64,000 bases of DNA, taken from the NCBI GenBank assembly GCA_051313645.2, contig JBNRSN020000010.1, positions 12,090,001 through 12,154,000 of the forward strand, in the 5' to 3' direction. Origin of the DNA: Centroscyllium fabricii. Lineage: Eukaryota. Position 1 is the stretch's first letter. Every line of letters starts with the position of its first letter. The notes below the pieces were generated by a model. The model was not told the origin of the DNA. It worked only from the letters and a program-made list of their open reading frames with translations, and made no database searches. Of this stretch, positions 12,391 to 25,114 are shown piece by piece. Made by a program: the position numbers and the translations under genes.

Positions 12391-13374
12391 AACACCGCAT
12401 ACTTTATTTCTGATCGATACTACCCTGTGTAACTAATTGTTGTATATTTATAAAAGCCCTTGCTATTTGCTGTTATGCTACCTGTTGTCCATTTGCTACC
12501 CAATTTTAAACCTTCCACTCTTCCGTTTGAAAACGCCAGTAAATATTTTACATTCCACGTGGCTATATTTAACATTATTAGCCACAAACTTCCTCAGATG
12601 CCTTCATTTGAAGTTTCCCCTTGCGGGTAATTTAAACTCTGGGCTATCGTATTCAGTGGTTGATATCCATTTAACCGCCCATTATAGGCCCGTTCAATTT
12701 TGCTTGCCCTGGGAGAAATTCTGACTGTGTGCCATTGTGTAAAATGGGTGATCGTGAATCGGAGGACGGCTTTACAACTTTCCCGAATGAGTAATTGAAA
12801 GGAAAATGTATTGAGGTGTATCTCGTGCGATCGAACTCATATGATCCGTTTTAAATTTTTGCCCAAAGTTAAAATGGCTATCATTCTGATGCACCCCGTC
12901 CTCCCAATATGTGATGGTTACTCTCAAGTTACTCTCCTCGTCTCATTGCAGTTATTTACCCCACTCAAATTTCCAGAACTGAAGCAAGCGATGTGTCTTT
13001 CCTTGTTGAATTGAAACATGCTGATCTGACAAGTAGCTCCGGATCCATTCTAAAATGTGTTCTACACTTTGACCACGCATATTCAGTTTATTTCTGTTTA
13101 TCTTGGGATAGATAAAATCCCCAATATGATTAAGCTTTAGTTGTTACATTATCCTTTGAACTGGTTGCAATTCTCCCCTTCTAACACATAGGCATAACGT
13201 TCTGTTATGTTGATCGATATTTGTAATTTGGCTCTTACTAATCGTCAACACTGTCCATGTGAATTCTGTCTCATTGTAACGTCTGTGATGTCATTGTTTT
13301 CTAGCGCTATAAGATAATCCTTCACTAACACTGCCACTCCAGAACCCTTTACTGCTAGTTTATCTCATGAACGC

Positions 13375-13640
13375 AGCAACAACTTGAACTTATATAGCGC
13401 CAATAGCGTACACTTCCCTCGGTGCTTCACAGGAGCGTGGAGAGATTTTTACAGGAGGATCAGAAATTTTAAACCGAAGTTTTGCAGAACAAGGGGGCAA
13501 TATAGGTCAGCGCAGACAGGAGAGGTGGGTGCACGGGACTTGGTGCAAGTTAAGGTTGGGGCCGCAGAACTTACAAACAGATCAAGATTATGCAGGGTTC
13601 AAGAAGGGAGAGCAGCCAGGAGAGCAGGCGAGTCCACTCT
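13375..13640 (-). mobile_element. L2-like LINE 3' fragment
   Basis: caacaacttgaacttatatagcgcc is the reverse complement of the L2-type terminus ggcgctatataa.t.caagttgttg. Confidence 0.55.
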
Positions 13641-13849
13641 AGAGATTACATAGGGATTAGAATATACTGAGCTTGATGGCCGGCGTGGACACGATGGACC
13701 AAATGGCCTCTCTCTGTGCTGTATAACTCTATGACTCTCTATCACTCTAATAGCAGGATGAGGGCTTCATTATCAAATGGGCAGAGGCAAGGAGGAAATC
13801 TCGAATATTAAGTTCCAAGCCCAGTTCAATTTTAAGATCTGTTCCTGCT

Positions 13850-15040
13850 ACAGAAACATTATATTCTCCATAATTCGGCCCCTCAAGCCTGTTCCGCCAT
13901 TTAATGAGATCATGTCTGATCATACAAATTCAGTACGCTGTCCCTGCTTTCTCCCCATATCGCTTGATCCCTTTAGCCTTAAGGAATATATCTAACTCCG
14001 CTTGAATATAGATAATGAATTGGTCTCAACTGCTTTCTGTGCTAGAGAACTCCACAGGTTCACCACTCCCTGGGTGAAGAAATTACACCTCATCTCAGTT
14101 CTAAAAGGGTTACCCCTTATCATTAGATCGTGACCCCTGGTTCTGGACTCCCCGCCATCGGGAACATCCTTCCTTCATCTAGTCTGTCTAACCCTGTTAC
14201 AATTGTATACGTTTGAAGGAGATCTCCTTCCATTCTTCGAAACTCTAGCGATTACAAGCCCAATCGACCCAATCTTTTCAAGACGTTATTCCTGCGATCC
14301 CAGGTATCAGTCTGGTGAATCATCGCTGCATTCCCTCCATGGCAAGAACATCCTTCCTCAGATAAGAACACCCAGGCCTCATGGCACTTCGCCTTTTGCC
14401 TATCTATTGTCATTCAGATAATAATCTGCCTTCCTGTTGTTACCACCATAGTGGGTAACATCGCATTTATCGATTTTATACTGCATCTGCAATGCATGTG
14501 CCCGATCATCCCACCTGTCCAAATCATACTGGAGTTTCTCTGCATTCTCATCACAGCATAGACGCCCACTGAGCTTTGTGTCGTTGGCAAACTTGGAGAT
14601 ATTACATCCAATTCTGTCATCTCGGTCATTCATAGATATTGTGAAGAACCGGGGTCCTCGCACCGATCCCTACGGTAGCCCACTAGTTACTGCCTGCTAC
14701 TCGGAAAAGGACATGTTTATTCCAACGCTTTGCTTCCTATCTGCCAACCAGTTCTCTATCCAGGTCAGTCCTTAGCCCCAAGTCCATGTGCTTTAAATTT
14801 GCACGCTAATTAATTATGCAACACCTTATCGAAAACCTTCTGAAAGTCCAAATACACCACATCCACTGGTTGTCCCTTATCTATTCTACCATATACATCC
14901 TCAAAAAATTCCAGTAGATTAGTCAAGCATGATTCAGCTTTTATAAATGCATGTTGACTTTGTCCGATTCTTTTACTGTTTTCCAAGTGCTCTGCTATTA
15001 CATCATTTATAATGAACTCTAGTATTTTCCCCGTTGCCAT
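13850..15040 (-). mobile_element. CR1 LINE fragment with internal deletions
   Basis: Minus ORFs SCLTNLLEFFEDV..VDVVYLDFQKVFDKV and ISKFANDTKL; CR1 3' UTR at 13850-14000. Confidence 0.9.
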
Positions 15041-15369
15041 AGCTTCCTATTGCAACTTTGTTTAGAACGCTTTGTGCATCCACCCAGATATAGATGAATC
15101 CTGATCCAGATTATATGCGCTGCTCGCTTCAATTCTCTTCCATGGTAAATGATTCCTGGATTTCAGTTCACTTCGGATAAAGTGTGTCATTCGATATCTG
15201 TTCTTGCTCCTACTTCCCGATTCTATCTCGAGTGCCTTGGTGTATGAAAGGTTCACAGTAATCTTTTCAACTTCGCCATTAACTTGAAATCTTGAAGATC
15301 ATCTTGATGTATTCTATCTGCAGAAGAAAATAAGTCCAATTTTCCTTTGCAAATATTCATGATTTTATA

Positions 15370-15660
15370 ACAAAGCTTACATTTGTATAGCACTTTACTG
15401 TAGTAAAACCTCCCAAAGCGCTTCACATGAGCGTTATGAAACAGGACTTGACACGGAGCCAGATAAGGAGACGAAGTAAAGAGGTAGATTTTAACGAGCG
15501 CCTAGAAGGAGGAAAGAGAAATAAAGTGGTGGCGAGGCTTAGAGAGGGAATACCAAACCTCAGAGCCTCGGCAGTTGAATGCAGGGCCACCAATCGAGGA
15601 GCGGTTAACATCGGAGATCTGTAATAAGCCAGAACTAGAGGAGCGCACAGAGAAACATAG
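15370..15660 (-). mobile_element. L2-like LINE 3' fragment
   Basis: cttacatttgtatagcacttt...cccaaagcgcttcac terminus; similar to 13375. Confidence 0.5.
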
Positions 15661-15969
15661 AGCACAGTCTCCTTGCCCCATGCCCTCTTCAGTTATAACA
15701 CTTTTTTATTTTCCATTTCTGACAATGTTGTTAATTCTCATCCTTGTTTGCCCAGTGTTACTGCACCTGTCCTGAACACAACTCACTCCACAGCCTCACC
15801 GGCTCTCCTCCAGCTGGCATCTGGCTGTGCTCATGATCAGCTCGCAGTCCTTCTCCAGCTGGTTCAGCGTGTTCTGAACTGTCCGGGTTATCACCGTTTC
15901 TATTTTCGTGCCCACCTCCTGGATCAGATTGATTCAATGTGTTGACTACCAGCCCAGATGACATAAGCA

Positions 15970-16510
15970 GACATAGGATCTACCAACTGATAAATTCCGA
16001 AGGACACATTGTGCATTATCATATCCACATCGATGAATAACAGATTCATTTGCGACCTCCCTACCTCCTTCCATTTCGCATCTACATGCTGCTCATTGGC
16101 GACATCAGCCGAAAACGCAACATCAGATTACACCTGTATGCTAAAGACACACAACTCTACCTCATCACCAACTCCTTTAATTCAACGACTGTCTCTGTGT
16201 TGTAACATAGCTTGTCTGCCCGCCATTCAAAGAGAAGCCAAAATATCCTCCTGTGTATCCTCCATTTCCTTCGGCCCGCCATTGACAGCAGTGCCTTTCG
16301 TTCCATAGGCTCAAAACACTGGAACTCCCTCCCTGAAACTCTGCATTTCTCCTCACCTTTAAGCCTCTCCTTAAAATCTACCTCTGCGTAAACTTTTATG
16401 TCACCTCTCCACGTGTCTCCTTCTTTGGTTGCGTGTCATTTTTTGTCTGATTGCGCTCCGTAGAAGCACCTTGTGGCATTTTATTAACTTAATTGCGCTA
16501 TATAAATGAA
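15970..16510 (+). mobile_element. L2-like LINE fragment
   Basis: Decayed YA(D)DTQLYL (tatgctaaagacacacaactctacctc), ctggaactccctccct, and terminus gcgctatataaatg. Confidence 0.55.
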
Positions 16511-16539
16511 CATTTTTCTAATAAGATGTCTATGCTGGC

Positions 16540-17590
16540 CAGTCCCTCAGTGAGATTCATCTAGCTGATTTGGGACATTTATAAGGAAAATGTTGAGGGT
16601 GGGGGGACGTTGGGCTGCATTGATCAGTCTATTATAATGAGTCAAGTTTCTGGTCAATAGTGGACCCCAGAATGTTGATGGTGGTTTAGTCAGTGACGGT
16701 AATGCCATTAAATGTCAAGGGGCGGTGGTTAACATTCTCTTGTTGGAGATATGCATTGCCTGTCACTTGTGTGGTGCGAAAGCTACTTCCACTTATAAGG
16801 CCAAGCCTGAATGTCGTGCAGGTTTTGTTGTATGCAAGCATGGACTGCCTCATTATCTGAAGAGTTATGAATGGAACTGAAAGCTGTGCAATCATCAACG
16901 AACATCCCAAATTCTGAACTGATGAACGAGAGATTGTCATTGATGAAGTAGCTGAAGATTGTTGGTCCTAGGAAACGGTTCTGAGGTTCTCCTATAGCGA
17001 TACCCTGCGGCTGCGATGGTTGACCTCCAGCCACCACGCCCATCTTCCTTTATGCTAGGTACAGCTCCAGCCAGTGTAGAGCTTTCCCACTGATTCCCAT
17101 TGACTGAAGTTTTACGAGGGCTCCTTGATGCCAAATTCGGCCAAGTGCTGCCTTGATGTCAAGGGCAGTCACTCTTATCTCACCTCTGATTTCAGCTCTT
17201 TTGTCCATGTTTTGACTAATTATATAATGAGCTATGGGGTTCAGTGTACCTTATAGAACCCAGACTGCGCATTGGTGAGCAGGTTATTGTTGAGTTAGTG
17301 CCGATTGATAGCACTGTCGATGACACATTCTATCACATAGCTGATGATTGCATGTAGACTGATCGGTCAGTAACTGGCCAGGTTGTATTTGCCCTGCGTT
17401 TTGTGCACAGGACATACTTGGGCAGTTTTCCACGTTGTCGAGTAGGTGCCAGTGTTGCAGCTGTACTGGAACAGCTTGGTTGGAGGTGCAGTTCGTTCTG
17501 GCGCACAAGTCTTCTGCAGGATTGCCTGGATTTTGCCGGGGCCCATAGCCTCTGCTGGATCCAGTGCGCTCAGCCGTTTCTTCATATCAC
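16540..17590 (-). mobile_element. CR1/L2-clade LINE RT fragment
   Basis: Minus ORFs LDPAEAMGP..WKTAQVCPVHK and LGPTIFSYFIND..MFVDDCT. Confidence 0.85.
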
Positions 17591-17599
17591 ATCAATGAA

Positions 17600-20500
17600 T
17601 CGAAGTAAGGTTAACACCAGTTATTTAAGTTTAGAATCAGCACCTGCAATGTTAGTGTAGGTTCACCACTAGTAATGTTAGAGCAGAGTTACCACCAGCA
17701 ATGTTAGTGTAGACTCACCACCAGTGATGTTAGAGTAGAGTCTCCACCAATAATGTTAGAGTAGACTCACCACCAGTGATGTCAGAGTAGAGTCTACACC
17801 AATAATGTTAGAGTAGATTCACCAACAGCAATGTTACATTAGAATCTGCACCAGTAATGTTAGATTACTGTCGGCACCAGTAATGTTAGAGTAGAGTTAC
17901 TACCAGTCACGTTAGAGTAGTGTCACCACCAGTAATAGAACATAGACATTGAAACTAGGAGCAGGAGTAGGCCATTCGGCCCTTCCAGCCTGCTCCGCCA
18001 TTCAATGAGATCATGGCTGATCATCGAAACCCAGTATCCCGCCCCTGCCCTCTTCCCATATCCCTCGATCCATATCGAGCCTGCATCAACACATATCCCA
18101 CCCTATCCCCGTAACCCCACATATTCAATCCCCCTAACACTAAGGGTCAATGTATCATGGCCAATCCACCTAACCCGCACATCTTTGGACTGTGGGAGGA
18201 AACCGGAGCACCCGGAGGAAACCCACGCAGACACGAGGAGAATGTGCAAACTCCACACAGATAGTACCCGAGGCTGCATTTGAACCCGGGTCTCCAGTGC
18301 TGTGAGGCAACAGTGCTAACCACTGTGCAACCGTGCCGCCCAATGATCGATTGGAGTCACCACGAGTAATGATAGAGTAGATTCACCACCAGTAATGTTA
18401 GATTAGATTCACCACCAGCAATAATATAGTAGATCCAGCACCAGAAATGTTAGGGCACATACACCACCAGAAATTGTAAAGTTGGGTCACCACCAGCAAC
18501 GGCAGAGTAGAGTCACCACTAATAATTTTAGAATATAGTGTCCACCAGTAATGTTAAAGTAGGGGCACAGTCATTAATGTTATAGTACGGTCCCCACCAG
18601 TAATGTTACTGTAAGCTCACCTCCAGTAATGATAGACTAGGGTCACCAGCAGTTATGTTAGAGTACAGTCACCACTAGCAATGTTAGTGAAGGGTCACCA
18701 CCGGAAATGTTAGAGTAGGGTCATCACCAGTAACGTTGGAGTAGGTTTACAATCTGAAATATTAGAGTAGGGCCACCTCTAATAATGCTAGTGTAGTGTC
18801 ACCACCATTAATGTTAGAGGAGGGTCACCAAGATAAATGTTAGAGTACGGTCACGCCCATTAACATTATAGTAGTGTCACCAACAATAATGTTCGTGTGG
18901 GGTCACCGTCAGTAATGTCGGGGTAGAGTCACCACCAGTAATGTTATAATAGGGTCTCCTCCATTAATGTTAGAGTAGGATGAACGCCAGTAATGTTGGA
19001 GTAGTGTGACCACCATTATTGTTAGAGTAGGGTCGCGAGCAGTAATGTTTGAGTAGGGTCAAAATCATCAATGTTAGAGTAGATTCAAAACAAGTAATGT
19101 GTCACCAACAGTAATGCTAGAGTAGGGTCACCACCGTTAATGTTATAGTACGGTCACCACCAGCAATATTAGTGTAGGTTCTCCACAAGTAATGATAGCG
19201 AAGAGTCACCAGTAGTTATGTTAGATTAAAGTCACCACCAGAACTGTTAGAGTAGATTCACCTCCAGTAATGAAAGAGTGGAGTCTCCAACAGTTATGTT
19301 AGAGTACAATCAACACCAGTAATGTTAGAGGGGGTTTACCACCGGTACTGTTAAAGAATGGTTACCACGATTAATGCCAGATTAGAGCCAGCACCACAAA
19401 TGGTAGTGTATGGTCACCACCAGTTATGTTGGAGTAGATTTAACACCAGTAATTTTATAGTACAGTCACCAGCAGCAATGTTAGAGGGTGTTTACCAACG
19501 GTAATGGTAAAGTATGTTTACCACCAATAATATTACATTAGAGTCATCACCAGTAATGTTAGAGTAGAATAACCACCAGTGATGTTAGATTAGATACACG
19601 ACCAGTAACGTTAGAGTAGAGACACCAGCAGTAATGTTGGAGTAGATACACTAACAGTAATGTTGGAGTAGAGCTGCAATCAGGAATATTAGAGTAGGGT
19701 CACCAATAATAATGTTAGAGTAGTGTCACCACCATCAATATTATAGCATGGTCGAAACCAATAATGTTAGTGTGGGGGCACCATCAGTTATGTTAGAGTA
19801 GAACTACCACCAGTGATGTTAGAGTAGAGTCACCACCAGTAATGTTGGAGTTGAATAACCACCAGGAATGTTAGATTAGATACACTACCAGTAATGTTAG
19901 AGTAGAGACACTACCAGTAATGTTGGAGTAGAGCTGCAATCAGGAGTATTAGAGTAGGGTCACCACTAATAATGTTAGAGTAGTGTCACCACCATCAATA
20001 TTATAGTATGGTCAAAACCAATAATGTTAGTGTGGGGGCACCATCAGTTATGTTAGAGTAGAGTCACCGCCTGTAATGTTAGAGTGGAGACACCACCAGT
20101 AATGTTGGAGTAGAGTTGCAATCAGGAATATTACAGTAGAGTCACCATCAGTGATGTTAGAGTAGAGTTACCACCAGTAATTACAGAATAGAATCTCCTG
20201 CATTAAATTTAGAATAGGGTCAGCGCCAGTAATGTTGGCGTAGTGGGACAACGATTAACGTTAGAGTAGAGTCACCAGCAGTAATGTTAAAGTACGGTCA
20301 AAATCATTAATGCTAGTGTGGATTCAAAACCAGTAATGTTGGGGTGGAGTCACCAACACCAATGTGAGTGTAGGATCACCACCATTAATGTTATAGAAGG
20401 TTCACCACTAATAATGTTGGTGTAGGATCACCACCAGTAATGGTAAAGTGGAGTCAACACCAGTAATCTGAGAGTAGAGTCACCACCAGTCATGTTAGAG

Positions 20501-21390
20501 TAGGGTCACCCCCATTAATGTTAGATAGGAGTCACCACCACTCATGATATAGTAGATTCACTGCCAGATTGTTAGATTCGATTCACCACAAGTAATGATA
20601 TAGTAGATTAACCAGCAGTAATGTTAGAGCAGATAAATCTCCAGCAATTGTAGAGTAGGTTCACCAGCAGTAACGTCAGAGTAGGAACACCACAAATACT
20701 GTTAGAATAGAGTATCCACCAATAATGTTAAAGTAGCGTCAGAACAATTAATGTAATGGTAGGGTCGCCACCAGCAATGTTTGTGTAGGCTCACCTCCAG
20801 TAATGAAAAAGTCGAGTCACCACCAGTTATGTTAGAGTTCAGTCACCACCAGTAATGTTAGGGTTGGTTTACGCTGGGTATTGTTAAAGTATGGTTACCA
20901 TCATTAATGTTATAGCAGAGTCACCACCAGTAATGTTAGGGTTGGTTTACCACCATTAATGTTAGAGTAGGACCAAAACACAGTCATGTAAGGTTTTGGT
21001 CACCACAATTATGTTGGAGTAGGCTCATCCTCAGTAATTACAAGTAGGATTAGCATCAGTAATTTTAGTGTAACTTTTCCAGCAATACTGTTAGAATGGC
21101 CCTCGCCTGTTCTTGTTTCTGCTGCGTTACCATAGGTCGTGTTAGAGTATAAGCACCACCAGTAACGAGAGAATAGGATCAAATCCAATGGCGGTACAAT
21201 AGGATTACACGTATTAATGTCAGCGTAGCTTCATCGCAAATAATCTTAGAGTAGGATCACGGCCAGCAACGTAAGAGCGGAGTCATCACTAGTAATGTTA
21301 GCGATGAATCATCGCCAGTATTGTTAGCAAAGAATGATTGTCGGTAATATTAAATCGGAGTCATAACTAGTTATCATTATAGTAAAAAAA
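17600..21390. repeat. 26-bp minisatellite array (~130 units) with higher-order sub-duplications
   Basis: Unit gtaatgttagagtagagtcaccacca. Block 19657-19802 recurs at 19917-20062 (260 bp = 10 units). A SINE is inserted at 17936-18341. Confidence 0.95.
17936..18341 (-). mobile_element. Full-length HE1-type V-SINE inserted in the minisatellite
   Basis: Reverse complement of the 8057-8459 family. Confidence 0.9.
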
Positions 21391-21395
21391 TTAGC

Positions 21396-21660
21396 TTATG
21401 CAATGGATGAGTAAAATTTTCAGCAAATGTATTCGAATCCTCAAGAGCCTAACGGAAAGTCCAGGAGGGCTGCTTCATTCAGCGGGCCGGGGCGCACTGA
21501 ATCTGAAAATCGCCGCTTGCTTGTTAAGTGACTGTAACTGACGCCGCTTATTGTGTCATATTTATTTTTCTGAGACGGGCACATAATTGTTTGTTTATGC
21601 GGAGTATTTACCGTTGTCAGATACACACCAGCCCGAACCGTAAAGCTATACAGGTTTCGC
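21396..21660 (+). promoter_or_regulatory. Diverged paralogue of the GPCR promoter block
   Basis: Shares ttatgcaatggatgagt, gggcgcactg, gaaaatcgcc and ttgttaagtgactgtaact with 1324-1545. The TATA position is degenerate (ttgtttatgc). Confidence 0.65.
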
Positions 21661-21672
21661 ACAGTTATTTTA

Positions 21673-21742
21673 ATGGAACTGTTAACAATTATGCAGATGA
21701 AGCAAATTTACTACCCAGTTCTCGCAACATTTGGGGTTCCCG
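21673..21742 (+). CDS. Orphan exon 1 of a third GPR139-like paralogue (MELLTIMQMKQIYYPVLATFGVP)
   Basis: ATG at 21673, 70 nt, donor G|gtaagc, same length and phase as 1677-1746. Intron homology continues to ~21950 (cctccctata). I found no same-strand exon 2 before 46740. Confidence 0.8.
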
Positions 21743-22099
21743 GTAAGCCAATGTCTTCTGCTGTTTAATAGCTATTGAATATCTCAGTGTTAATGTAATA
21801 TATTCGTGTATGTCACTATTTCAGTGTCATTGATCCACCAGGATAAGTCGGTCGAAGTAAATAGGATGTCTATCAGTCTGCGGGGCCGCTGAGACGCTGT
21901 TGTGGTCGTTCGATCATGGCCACCAGGAGCTCAGCTTTCCTCCCTATACTGCGGAAGGGCTATGTTGATCCCCGGGCACATCCAACAGTACACAGATCAT
22001 TAAATAATGTTTCTCTAGTCTTGCCCTGCTGAATTATTCCAGCGCTTCCTGTTATTATTTCAGATTTCCAGCATCCGCAGTATTTCGCTATCCTTTTGG

Positions 22100-22415
22100 A
22101 ATCATAGAATCATAGAATGCCGACAGTGCAGATGGAAACAATTTCGGCCCATCGAACCTGCAACGACACAAATCACACCCTATCACCGTAACCCCACATA
22201 CTTAATCGCCCTAACATTAAGGGTCAATTTATCCTGGCCAATAAACCTGACCCGCACATCTTTGGACTGTGGGAGGAAAACGGAGCAACCAGAGGAATCC
22301 CACACAGACACGGGGAGAATGTGCAAACTCCACACAGAAAGTGAGCTGATGCCGGATTTGAACCCGGCCCCTAGCACTGTGAGGTAACAGTGCTAACCAC
22401 TATGCAACGGTGCCG
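22100..22415 (-). mobile_element. V-SINE (shorter subfamily, gaatcata tail)
   Basis: V-core reverse complement tttggactgtgggagga...ggggagaatgtgcaaactccacaca. Confidence 0.8.
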
Positions 22416-22519
22416 TAATGATATTAGTCTTTGGTTCAGTATCACCTCTCTTCTGGGAATGCACACGTTGAAGAATTTCCGCTGTTCTCCTCGACAGGAT
22501 CTCCGTTTGGCTCTTCTAA

Positions 22520-24990
22520 CTTGACTATGTAGGTATGAGAGAGGAATTGATTAGACTGGATTGGGAAAACAGATTAAAGGGTAAGACGATGCATTATCAG
22601 TGGTGTATATTGAAGGAGATACTTCACAACTTCCAAGAAAAATATATTCCACTGAGAAGAAAGGGTGTAAAAGTAAAGACGGTCATCCGTGGCTAAGCAA
22701 AGAAATTAAGGATAGTATTAGACAGTAAAAAAGGGCATAAAAGGTAGCCAAATCTACGGGGAGGATAGTGGATTGGGAACACTTTAAAATACAGCAAAAA
22801 ACAAGTAAAAGATTGATTAAGAAAGGGAAGAGAGATTATGAAAGTAAATTGGCAAAAATATAAAAACAGATGGTAAGAGTTTCTATAGTTATATAAAAAG
22901 AAAAAGGGTGGCTAAAGTAAATGTTGGTCCCCTAGAGGATGAGACCGGGAATTAAATGGTGGGAAATATGGAGATGGCAAAAACACTGAATGAATATTTT
23001 GTTAAATGAATATTTTGTATCAGTCTTTATATTAGAGGACAATAAGAATATCCCAACACTGGACAAACAGAGGTCTAAAGGGGGGGAGGAGCTAAACATG
23101 ATCAAAATCACTAAGGAAGTAGTACTCGGTAAATTAATGGGGCTCAAGGTGGATAAATCACCTCGATCTGATGGCTTACATCCTAGGGTCTTGAGGGAAG
23201 TTGCGGTAGGCATTGTGGATGCATTGGTAATAATTTTCCAAAGCTATCTGGACTCAGCAAAAGTCCCGGCAGACTGGAAAACTGCGAATGTCAGCATGGT
23301 TTTATGAAGGGGAAGTCTTGTTTGACAAATTTGTTGGAGTTCTTTGAGGAAACATAGAAACATAGAAGATAGGAGCAGGAGTAGGCCATTCGGCCCTTAG
23401 AGCCTGCTCCGCCATTCAATGAGATCATGGCTGATCATCCAAACCCAGTGCGACGCCCCTGCCCTCTCCCCATATCCCTCGGTCCCTATCGAGCCAGCAT
23501 CAACACATATCCCACCCTATCCCCGTAACCCTACATGTTTAATCCCCCTAACTCTAAGGGTCAATTTATCATGGCAAATCAACCTAACCCGCACATCTTT
23601 GGACTGTGGGAGGAAACCGGAGCACCCAGAGGAAACCCACGCAGACACGGGGAGAATGTTCAAACTCCACACAGATAGTACCCGAGGCTGGATTTGAACC
23701 CGGGTCTCCAGTGCTGTGAGACAGCAGCGCTAACCACTGTGCCACCGTGCCGCCCATGGAAGTAACATATAGGGTAGATAAATGTGAACCAGTGAACGTA
23801 GTGTATTTAAACTTTCAAAAGGCATTTGACAAGTTGCCACACAAAAGATTATTGCTTAAAATAAAAAATCACGGTATTGGGGGTAATATTCTGGCATGGA
23901 TTGAGGATTGGCTATCTAACAGAAGGCAGAGAGTTTGGATTAATGGGTCATTTTCAGACTGGCAATCGGTAACTAGTGGTGTTCCGCAGGGGACAGCGCT
24001 GGGTCCCCAACTCTTTTTAATTTATATTAACGATTTAGAGGAGGGGACCGAGTGTAACATATCAAAGTTTGCAGATGATGCTAAGGTGGGAGGGAAAGTC
24101 GTGAATGAGGAGGACATAAAGAACCTGCAAGGGGACATCGACAGGCTGTCAGTGGGCAGAGATTTGGCAGATGGAGTACAATACTGGAAAGTGTAAGGTT
24201 ATGCACTTAGGCAGAAAACATCGTAGAGCGGATAATTATATTAATGGCAAGAAACTGGAAAGTACTGTAGTACAAAGGGATCTGGGGGCTCTGGTGCACG
24301 AAACTCAAAAGTTTAGTATGCAGGTGCAGCAAGGAATTAAGAAGGCCAATTGAATGTTGGCTTTCATTGCTAGGGGGATAGAATATAAAAATAGGGAGGT
24401 ATTGCTTCAGTTGTACAAGGTATTTGTGAGACCGCACCTGGAGTACAGCATACAGTTTTGGTGTCCATACTTAAGAAAGGACATACTCGATCTCGAGTCA
24501 GTACAAAGAAGGTTCAATCGGTTACTCCCAGGGATGAGTTGTTGGACATATGAGGGCAGGTTGAGTAGATTGGAACTCTACTCATTGGAGTTCAGAGAAA
24601 TGAGCGGAGATCTTATTGAAACATATAAGATTGTGAAGGGGTTGGATCAGGTGGATGAGGGGAAGATGTTCCCAATGTTGGGTGAAACTAGAACTAGGGG
24701 GCATAAACTTAGAATAAGGGGCTGCTCTTTCAAAACTGAGATGAGGAGAAACTACTTCACTCAGAGGGTAGTAGGTCCATGGAACATGCTGCCCCAAGAA
24801 GCTGTAGAAGCTACATCATTATATAAATTTAAACCAGAAATAGGCAGTTTCCTGGTGGTAAAAGCGATTAAGGGTTACGGGGAGCAGGCAGCAATTTGGA
24901 CATGAATCTAGGTTCAGATCACTCATGGCCCTGTGGGTAGTGGAGCAGGCCCAGGGACCGTGTAGCCGGATCTGGCAACTATTTTGTGTG
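22520..24990 (+). mobile_element. CR1 (HER1-like) LINE ORF2, disrupted
   Basis: [47 protein letters not shown] motifs; a SINE is inserted at 23350-23755. Confidence 0.93.
23350..23755 (-). mobile_element. Full-length HE1-type V-SINE inserted in CR1
   Basis: Same family as 8057-8459; splits the CR1 LEFFEE|VT motif. Confidence 0.9.
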
Positions 24991-25114
24991 TCTAATTCTG
25001 TTAGATGCAGGAGATGCTTCTGCGATAGTAGGTTGGTTGTTAGGATATGATCAGCCATGGTCTTATTGAATGGTGTAGCAGGCTCGAGGGGCCGATTGGG
25101 CTACCCCTGCTCCT

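Larger units (their letters stand above)
1..14574. repeat. Segmental duplication, copy A (probably extends left of the window)
   Basis: Near-identical and collinear with 43333-63644 (offset 43332 at the start). Homology ends at ...gacgcccactgagc (14574). Confidence 0.97.

Noticed and set aside
11800-13370. Short ORFs shared by both duplicate copies
   Set aside because: Shared only because the duplication is recent; no recognisable domain or splice structure.
17600-21390. CRISPR-like or coding repeat array
   Set aside because: Units are contiguous diverged 26-mers with no unique spacers, no cas genes and a eukaryotic context; 26 is not a multiple of 3 and no long ORF is present.
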